From: Myxococcota bacterium
GTDB taxonomy: Bacteria > Myxococcota > JACRCW01
Length of the DNA stretch: 13,750 nt
Reading direction: 5' to 3'
NCBI GenBank assembly: GCA_040752415.1
Contig: JBFMGU010000276.1
Span: 1-13,750 of the forward strand
Part shown: positions 7,554-13,750 of the stretch, in pieces
How positions within the stretch are numbered: position 1 is the first letter of the stretch
Layout of the letters: each line of letters starts with the position of its first letter
Program-made: the position numbers and the translations under genes
Notes under the pieces: model-generated
What the model saw: the letters and a program-made list of their open reading frames with translations, nothing else
Database searches by the model: none
Told to the model about the DNA's origin: nothing

Positions 7554-8487
7554 GTGCTGCGAAGCGCATGGTTTCTCTGGGGGATGACGCTGTTGCAGCT
7601 GCGCGCGTCGCCACCGCCACCGCCGCCGGCCCCGCCGTCACCATCGCCCCCGCGTGAAGCGGCCCATCAACCCGCCCGGTCCGCCGCCTCCCTGGAAACC
7701 CTCGAGCAGGAACGGAAGGCGCTGTTCAACGGCGTGGCGGACGCCGTGGTGTTCGTCAGCTGTGGGAAGATCAGCTTTGGTTCAGGGTTCATTGTCGACA
7801 AGTCGGGACTCGTGGTCACCAACCGGCACGTGGTGGACTGCAAGGAGAAGGTCAGCGTGGTCCTGCGCGGCGGCGCGCGCCGGGAAGCCACCGTGGCAAC
7901 GCTGGACCCGGTGTATGACCTGGCGCTGCTGCAGGTGGAGCTCTCGGACATTGCGGTGACCCCGCTGACGTTGGCGGACTCCGACGGCGTGGAGGTTGGG
8001 GGACTACGCCGCGGTGATCGGTCATCCCGTGGGCGGGGTGTGGACGTTGAACGAGGGCATCATCAGCAACCGGTATCCCGCGGAGAATGACCGCTACGCC
8101 GGCGTGCTGCAGACGCAGGTGCCACTCCAGCCCGGCTCGTCGGGGGGACCCGTCATCAACCGCGCCGGGCAGGTGGTGGGCGTGGTGACCGCCAAGCTGC
8201 GCAGCGGGGACAACACCGGCTTCTGCATCCAGTCCAACCTGGTGCGTCGCCTGCTGCTCCAGCACGAGATGAAACGCGGTGCGCAACTGGCCGTGGATGG
8301 CGCGGTGCGAGGTGCGGAGCTCTGGGTGGATGGACAGATGCGCGGCACGGTCCCGCTGCTGGTGGTCCTCCCGCCCGGAGCCCACGACGTGGAAGTGCGC
8401 CAATCCGGGAAGGTGGTGAAGCGCTCCGTCACCCTTGCCGCCGGAGAGGTCCAACAGGTCCTGCTGGGCGCCGGAGACATGCGTTGA
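7554..8487 (+). pseudogene. Trypsin-like (S1C/HtrA-type) serine protease with C-terminal PEGA domain, interrupted by one extra base at ~7996-8002 (true pseudogene or sequencing error)
   Basis: The first frame has a signal/Pro-rich N-terminus, GSGFIVD, TNRHVV (His) and DLALL (Asp). The second frame continues GDYAAVIGHPVG...QPGSSGGPVIN (Ser) and then the PEGA-like GAELWVDGQMRGTVPL...PGAHDVEVR. Removing one base from GAGGTTGGGGGAC joins them into about 310 aa. Confidence 0.85.
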
Positions 8488-9632
8488 AGGCAACGGCGCT
8501 CCTGCTGCTGGCCGCGTTGGCGGAGGTCCCGGATGCGGAAGCAGCCTGGGCCATCTCCGAGCACGCCCTCCCGATCCTCGAGCTGGTGGACGGCGTGGTG
8601 GAAGCACGCGTGGACGTGGTGGCGGTGGCGCCAGCGAATCCGGGCTGGGAACCCCTGGCGCGACAGCTGGAGCAGTCCCTGCGCGCATTGCTGCGTCTGC
8701 ATTGGCGGGTGGCGCGCGTGGAGGGCCTCCCCGACCTGGACCGGACGCTCGAGCCGGACCGGGAAATCGCGACGAAGCGGGTGCAACAGGGCGCGGTGCG
8801 GGTGGTGGTGGCGCGCCTCTATCCGGGCCCCGCGGAGGGAGATGTCCCGCGCGTTGTTCTCTCCGTTCACGACGACAAGCTGCGTTGCGCCTACCAGGCC
8901 GCCAGCATCGCCATCGCGGTTCCCCGTGGCTCCAAGGCCAACCGCGGCATGGTGCGCGTCTTTTCCTCCGTCGACGTCAACCTGAACTCCGACGCACCCG
9001 CCCCGCGCGACCTGGGCGACGTCCTGACCGACGAGGACATCCGGCGGCGGCGCTTTGAGTTCATGGCGGTTGAGCTGGTGCGGCTGCCGGGTGGGCGCAC
9101 GGAGTCCGGCGCGGCGGAATACCGGATTGCACGCGGTGGCAACGTGCTCTCCGACGACGAGCTGGAGCGGATGGGACTGCGTGGGGTCAGCCCGCGCGCG
9201 GTGGACCTCCCGACTCCAACGTTCCGCAAGCGGACGAAGGTGGCGCTGGCAGCGTTGTTGGGTGCGCCCTTGCTGGCGCTGGTGCCTGCCGCGGCCGTTT
9301 CCGCCTTGGGAACCACGGTCTTCGTCGGGTTCAACCTGGTGTCGGCGCTGATACAGCGATGGTCCGCCGAGCGCGCGATGTCAGCGATGGCGGTCAACGG
9401 CTTCTACGGCTTCCAGTTGGGCGTACCTGTCTTCACCCTCGGATGCGTGGTGGCGCTGCTGGTGGGCGCAGGCGGAGGACTGGTGTTCGTCGGGGATCGC
9501 CTGGAGGGGGTCCTCGCGGTGCATCCCTACGTGCGCGCGGTTGGCGAGGAGAACCGCCGCCTGGCCCGGGTGCTGGGTTTGAAGCCGTCCAAGCTGCCCC
9601 GGGAGTACTTCCCCGACGCATCCGCACCGTGA
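8484..9632 (+). CDS. Hypothetical membrane protein (signal-like N-terminus, C-terminal hydrophobic helices); paralog of 9644..10867
   Basis: 382 aa ORF whose TTG start overlaps the protease stop (TTGA). Shares colinear motifs with the convergent gene. Confidence 0.75.
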   Translation: MKATALLLLAALAEVPDAEAAWAISEHALPILELVDGVVEARVDVVAVAPANPGWEPLARQLEQSLRALLRLHWRVARVEGLPDLDRTLEPDREIATKRVQQGAVRVVVARLYPGPAEGDVPRVVLSVHDDKLRCAYQAASIAIAVPRGSKANRGMVRVFSSVDVNLNSDAPAPRDLGDVLTDEDIRRRRFEFMAVELVRLPGGRTESGAAEYRIARGGNVLSDDELERMGLRGVSPRAVDLPTPTFRKRTKVALAALLGAPLLALVPAAAVSALGTTVFVGFNLVSALIQRWSAERAMSAMAVNGFYGFQLGVPVFTLGCVVALLVGAGGGLVFVGDRLEGVLAVHPYVRAVGEENRRLARVLGLKPSKLPREYFPDASAP

Positions 9633-9643
9633 CCTGGGAGCTC

Positions 9644-10867
9644 TCAGGGGGCGTCGTCGGGTGGCTGTCGGCCTGCGGGGAAGTAGTCGTCGTCGAGGGC
9701 GTGGGGATCCAGGTTGAGCTGCTCCGCCAGCGCAAGGTTGTGGCGCGTGACCAGGGCCGCCAAGTCCCGTGGAGTGGCCGTTGGCTCCACGCCCTGGAGC
9801 AGCGTTGCCGCGACGAGGGTGGCGGCGGCCACGCCCACCGTGACCACCACGCCCGCGACGAATCCCACCCAGGTCAGCAGCCAGTGCGCGGGCACCGCGT
9901 AGACGAGCCCGTAGATCAGGATCACCGGGTCCACCCGGGTTGTGAACAGCAGCGCAACCAGGAGGGCGGGCAGCGGTACGGTGGCGATCCACGCCGTGCT
10001 GGCAAAGAGAAGTGGGATTGGCGCAAGGACGGCGAGAATCCGCCGGGACTCGGTCTTGACCCGGTTCCTCGTCCTCCAGGGCGCGGTGAACAGCTCGTCA
10101 CCAGGTCCGCCAGCCGCAATCTGCGCCAGGCGCTCGTCGCTCACGCGCTGTCGTTCGTCGTCGATGATCTCGTAGGTCCTGGCGCCCACTTCCTCGTCCG
10201 TGTCGCGCATCCGGGTGATCCACACGCGGACCCTCAGTGCGCGCCGGTAGAACTCCGCCACGGCGGCAGCGTCATTCTTTGACTGCGTTGCGGTGAAGGA
10301 GTTGTTCGCCGCGGACCGGGGAATCACCGCGTCCATGCTGCTCCGCGACGCAAGAACGCGCCCCCGGACGTCGACAAGGGACAGAACGCAGACGGGTACG
10401 TCGCCCATGCCCGCCGCTGGATAGAATCGCACCGTCACAACCAGGTCCGCGCCCGTTTTCACGGCCTCCCGCGCGAGCGTTGCGTTGGACCGGTCGGCGG
10501 CCACGGCCTTCCGGAACGCCGAGAGGACGATGCGTCCATCCTTCTCCAACAGGGCGTCCACTTCCTTGGTGACGAGGCCAGGCAGTTGAGCCCACGCGGA
10601 CCGGGGAGGCGCCACCGCCACCACGGCCACGGCGAGTCTCCCCGGCGGCGCATGCTTCATCAGCGCGGCGACGGGAAGGGCCTTGGCCTCAAGCCGGTAG
10701 GGTGTCCCGACAGGTTCCTTGGCCCCGACGGGGATGGGCCAAAGCGCCACGGCCAGGGTGCACGCGAGCCACGTGATGGCGACGCCGGTCACGTGTGTGT
10801 GCGCGTTCACGAGACAAGCGTGTGCGCACCAGCGGCGTTTCGCAAGTGTGGCGGCTGGCGGCGTCAC
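9644..10867 (-). CDS. Hypothetical membrane protein; paralog of 8484..9632 (start uncertain)
   Basis: 407 aa ORF whose GTG start overlaps the thioesterase stop (GTGA). Has a hydrophobic N-terminal segment, C-terminal hydrophobic helices and a YFP motif near the C-terminus. Confidence 0.75.
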   Translation of the reverse strand: MTPPAATLAKRRWCAHACLVNAHTHVTGVAITWLACTLAVALWPIPVGAKEPVGTPYRLEAKALPVAALMKHAPPGRLAVAVVAVAPPRSAWAQLPGLVTKEVDALLEKDGRIVLSAFRKAVAADRSNATLAREAVKTGADLVVTVRFYPAAGMGDVPVCVLSLVDVRGRVLASRSSMDAVIPRSAANNSFTATQSKNDAAAVAEFYRRALRVRVWITRMRDTDEEVGARTYEIIDDERQRVSDERLAQIAAGGPGDELFTAPWRTRNRVKTESRRILAVLAPIPLLFASTAWIATVPLPALLVALLFTTRVDPVILIYGLVYAVPAHWLLTWVGFVAGVVVTVGVAAATLVAATLLQGVEPTATPRDLAALVTRHNLALAEQLNLDPHALDDDYFPAGRQPPDDAP

Positions 10868-11274
10868 GCCATGTACTTGGTCATCCGCCCCTGCGCGACG
10901 AGGACATTGTCCTTCTCCCGTCGGATGTCGACGGTGACGAAGGCCAGGGTCTTGCCGGTCTTGAGCACCTGCGCTTCCGCCACCACGTGCTCACCCCCGG
11001 TCCCGGGCGCGAAGTAGCTCACATTGAGGTCGGTGGTGACCCCGGGTCGTCCGTCGCGGTCGGCGCTGATGATGGCCATGGTGCCCGCATTGTCGACGAG
11101 CGTGGCAATGGCGCCGCCGTGGAGCGTGCCGTTGATGTTCTGCACCTCCGGCGACACCAGCAGCCGCACCCGCGCGCGACCCCCCTGCGCCTCGACGAGC
11201 TGGATGCCCGGGAAGGCCTTGTCAAAGCCCACCTTGCCGAACTGCTCCACCCGTCCGCGCGTCTTCTCGTCCAT
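10864..11274 (-). CDS. PaaI family thioesterase (hotdog fold)
   Basis: 136 aa with NINGTLHGGAIATLVDNAG, GVTTDLNVSYFAP, VVAEAQVLKTGKTLAFVTVDI and VAQGRMTK. Confidence 0.92.
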   Translation of the reverse strand: MDEKTRGRVEQFGKVGFDKAFPGIQLVEAQGGRARVRLLVSPEVQNINGTLHGGAIATLVDNAGTMAIISADRDGRPGVTTDLNVSYFAPGTGGEHVVAEAQVLKTGKTLAFVTVDIRREKDNVLVAQGRMTKYMA

Positions 11275-11289
11275 GGCTTTGCTCCGTCG

Positions 11290-12537
11290 TCATTCCTTGC
11301 CGCTGGGCAGGGGCTTCAGCGTGCCGGCGTCCACGTAGGTCACACCGCCCTTCGCGGCTTCCGGCGACACCTTCGTCAGCACCGCGCCCGGCGGCGGGGC
11401 AATCACGCTGTTGTTGGGAATCTCACGCCCCGGCGCAATGAGGATGTCCGGACCCACGAACGTCCCGTGACCGAAGCAGCTCCCGATCATCAGCTCCTTG
11501 ATGGCCACCGTGCGCCCGTCAATGCGGACCGTGACGTCGTCGCGGTACTTCATGTCCATGGGGCGCACCAGGCTGGTCAGCGCGGCGTTCCGTCCCGCCA
11601 CGCAGTACTGCATGCCGTTGATGCACAGGTCCGCGTCCGGATAGCCCACGCAGGAGACCACGGTGGAGTTCTTGCTGACGAAGTCCCCGTCGTTGAGCAC
11701 GCTGTAGCAGACGTTGGCCCGCTCCTCGACGTGGACGCCCTTCCCCAGCACGCTCCCGCGCACGAGCGCGTATGGCCCCACGCGGCATCCCTCGCCCAGC
11801 ACGCTCAGCTCCACGCACGCCGTGGGATGGATGTCCACGTTGCGGGCCACGTAGCTGAAGTTGCGCGCCACGGCCCACTTGGTGGCGTTGACACCAGGCC
11901 GCAGGCTCATGAGCAGGCGCATCACCGTCGAGAGCGGCCGGCTGGTCACCCGCTCCACGAGCTCGATCTGGGGCCACAGGTTGTTCACCCAGAGCACGTG
12001 CACCCAGTGCTTGATGTGCAGGGCGACCGTCGTGGTGATGGGGTGCGGGAAGTCCGCGCGCGCCAGGATGTTCCGCGGCACCGGGAAGCGGAACACGATC
12101 TCCTTGAACTGCGGGAATACCGGCTGCGCCCCCTCGCGCGCGGCGCGGAAGCCACCGCGGGACACGCCCTTGGGGAAGAACCACGCGTCGTAGGTGGCAC
12201 CACCGTCGGGCGTGGTGCCCAGGTCCTGGTGCTGCCCGTACAGCTCCACGAAGCGGCTGCGCGGCAGGGCCACCTGCGTGACGTCGTCACGGGCCTGCGC
12301 AAGCTTCAACCACGAGTGGAGCAGCCGACGCGTGAGGAAGGTGTGGTCGGCCAGGACCAGCGCGGGCTCGGGGCTTTCCACGTCGTCAAACGAGGCGGCC
12401 TCGTGCCACGTCAGACCAGAGTGCGCGGCGAGCCAACGCTGGTGCTCCTCCAACGTGCGCAGTCCCACCTGGGCCTTGCCCACCGGGTCCTGGAACGGCG
12501 TCAGGACGCGGTGGGTCCGCACCACCACCATCCTCAC
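11290..12537 (-). CDS. Hexapeptide-repeat (LbH) putative acyltransferase with a degenerate nucleotidyltransferase-like N-terminus (GlmU-like architecture)
   Basis: Hexapeptide run VARNVDIHPTACVELSVLGEGCRVGPYALVRGSVLGKGVHVEERANVCYSVL and C-terminal GSCFGHGTFVGPDILIAPGREI. The N-terminus lacks the GxGxR loop. The GTG start overlaps the upstream stop. Confidence 0.7.
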   Translation of the reverse strand: MRMVVVRTHRVLTPFQDPVGKAQVGLRTLEEHQRWLAAHSGLTWHEAASFDDVESPEPALVLADHTFLTRRLLHSWLKLAQARDDVTQVALPRSRFVELYGQHQDLGTTPDGGATYDAWFFPKGVSRGGFRAAREGAQPVFPQFKEIVFRFPVPRNILARADFPHPITTTVALHIKHWVHVLWVNNLWPQIELVERVTSRPLSTVMRLLMSLRPGVNATKWAVARNFSYVARNVDIHPTACVELSVLGEGCRVGPYALVRGSVLGKGVHVEERANVCYSVLNDGDFVSKNSTVVSCVGYPDADLCINGMQYCVAGRNAALTSLVRPMDMKYRDDVTVRIDGRTVAIKELMIGSCFGHGTFVGPDILIAPGREIPNNSVIAPPPGAVLTKVSPEAAKGGVTYVDAGTLKPLPSGKE

Positions 12538-13439
12538 GACGCACCTCCCAACCCCGCCACCTGCGCCAGCGTCACCATCTGGCCGCCCAGCGTCTCCAGT
12601 CCCAGCGGCACCACGGAGCCGTCGCGCACCACCACGGCGGCACGTTCTCCGTCGAGGAAGTAGTCACCGGGCCGGGAGCCGCGCGGCGGGAGCGGACCGG
12701 GTCGTGCGCCGCGGATGATGAACGGGAGCCCGCGCACGGTGAGCAGCGGACCCGGCTGCGGCGTGGCGGCGCGGATGGCGCGGAGCACGTCGTCAACGGT
12801 GGCGCGCACGTCCAACTCCAGGTGCTCCGAGCGCGGCTTGGGGGCGTGGGTGGCACGCGTCTCGTCCTGGGGGACCGCGGGCAGGTCGTCGCCGTGCTCC
12901 AGCATCTCCAGCGCGTCCACCACCAGCGGCACGCTGATCTCGTTGAGCTGCTCCCAGAGCTGTCCGCTCGTCGTGGTGGGGGACACCGGGAGCGACTGCT
13001 GCAGGATGATGTGCCCGGTGTCGAAGCTCTCCTCGAGGTGATGCAGCGTCACGCCCGCCACCGGGTCTCCCGAGCGGATGGTCCAGTAATACGGGTTGTA
13101 GCCCCGGTGTCGCGGCAGCAGCGACGGATGCAGGTTCCACGCGCCGCCCTGCCCCAGCTCACGCGCCCACGCGCCAATGCGGCGGTCAAAGCTCATCACC
13201 AGCAGCACGTCGTAGGGACCGGCGGCGGCCACCTCGGCGCGATCGTCGTCGGAGGTCTCGTCGGTGAGGCGCCAGCCGGGCCACACCGGGACCTGGTTGG
13301 CGGTGCAATGGGAGAGCAGCGCCCAGATGTCCTCCTCGTCGTCGAGGTAGGGGAGCGCCACGCCGCCCAGCTCATGACCGGCGTCCAGGAGCTGCAGCGC
13401 GAATTGCGCCACACCGGCGAAGAGCAGCCTCAGGCCCAC
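12534..13439 (-). CDS. Formyltransferase family protein (Fmt/ArnA N-terminal-like, 10-formyl-THF dependent)
   Basis: Catalytic NLHPSLLPRHRG motif and GVTLHHLEESFDTGHIILQ, then QDETRATHAPK and an Fmt-like C-terminal domain (IRAATPQPGP). Confidence 0.88.
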   Translation of the reverse strand: MGLRLLFAGVAQFALQLLDAGHELGGVALPYLDDEEDIWALLSHCTANQVPVWPGWRLTDETSDDDRAEVAAAGPYDVLLVMSFDRRIGAWARELGQGGAWNLHPSLLPRHRGYNPYYWTIRSGDPVAGVTLHHLEESFDTGHIILQQSLPVSPTTTSGQLWEQLNEISVPLVVDALEMLEHGDDLPAVPQDETRATHAPKPRSEHLELDVRATVDDVLRAIRAATPQPGPLLTVRGLPFIIRGARPGPLPPRGSRPGDYFLDGERAAVVVRDGSVVPLGLETLGGQMVTLAQVAGLGGAS

Positions 13440-13476
13440 GCGGGTTTCCCTCCTGCCGCCGCGCCCACCACCGTCG

Positions 13477-13749
13477 TCACTCCTCTTCTTCCATCTTCTT
13501 CTGCCAACGCGGCAGGGCGTTGCGCGCCTTCTCCTTGAACGGCCCGTCCTCGGCGCGGTCGACGATGTCCTTGGCGATCTTGATGGCCGCCGCGTAGTCC
13601 TCGTCGCGCATCAGCGCGGTGGCGCGCGCAAAGGCCTCCCTGGCCTCGTCATTGGTCATGGCGCGCTTGGCGGGCTTGGCCGCGGGCTTCTGTTGCGGCG
13701 GCGGGCTCTTCTTGGGCGGTGGTGCCTGCTTGACCTGCTGCTTGGGAGG
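13477..13749 (-). CDS. 3' end of a larger protein: Pro/Lys/Gln-rich linker and a TPR-like helical hairpin (begins beyond the window)
   Basis: The frame stays open past ATG 13659 to the window end (PPKQQVKQAPPPKKSPPPQQKPAAKPAKRA). EAREAFARATALMRDEDYAAAIKIAKDIV resembles a TPR-like repeat. Confidence 0.7.
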   Translation of the reverse strand, partial: PPKQQVKQAPPPKKSPPPQQKPAAKPAKRAMTNDEAREAFARATALMRDEDYAAAIKIAKDIVDRAEDGPFKEKARNALPRWQKKMEEEE

Positions 13750-13750
13750 C

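Noticed and set aside
12534..13439. Assigning the gene symbol fmt
   Set aside because: The catalytic motif is present, but the housekeeping Fmt N-terminal signatures and usual gene context are missing, so it is left at family level.
1281..13538. Long overlapping alternative-frame ORFs (for example 1281..3092 -, 3437..4777 +, 4683..6185 +, 5822..7264 +, 10795..12663 +, 12822..13538 +)
   Set aside because: These are shadow ORFs expected in high-GC DNA. They overlap well-supported genes, have skewed composition and show no family motifs.

Overview
GC-rich bacterial DNA, most likely from Myxococcota: a C-terminal MYXO-CTERM-like sorting signal, a Hanks kinase and a PEGA protease support this. 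Left to right the window holds: a partial membrane protein, a small winged-helix-like protein, a ~700 bp non-coding foldback element (833-1536), an AI-2E transporter, a Ser/Thr kinase with two CCHC zinc fingers, dapD, a secreted Ig/collagen-repeat surface protein, a frameshifted trypsin-like protease-PEGA gene, two convergent paralogous membrane proteins, a PaaI thioesterase, a degenerate GlmU-like hexapeptide-repeat protein, a formyltransferase and a partial Pro-rich/TPR-like gene. The most striking feature is 833-1536. It can fold into a three-armed structure whose junction is built from three copies of the quasi-palindrome CCAAT-NNN-ATTGG. One arm is a 340 bp foldback module bounded by identical 13 bp direct repeats, and G-T/G-U pairs are biased to the + strand. 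It may be an undescribed nested non-autonomous mobile element or a large structured RNA. All pairing and family calls were made by eye, with no database searches.
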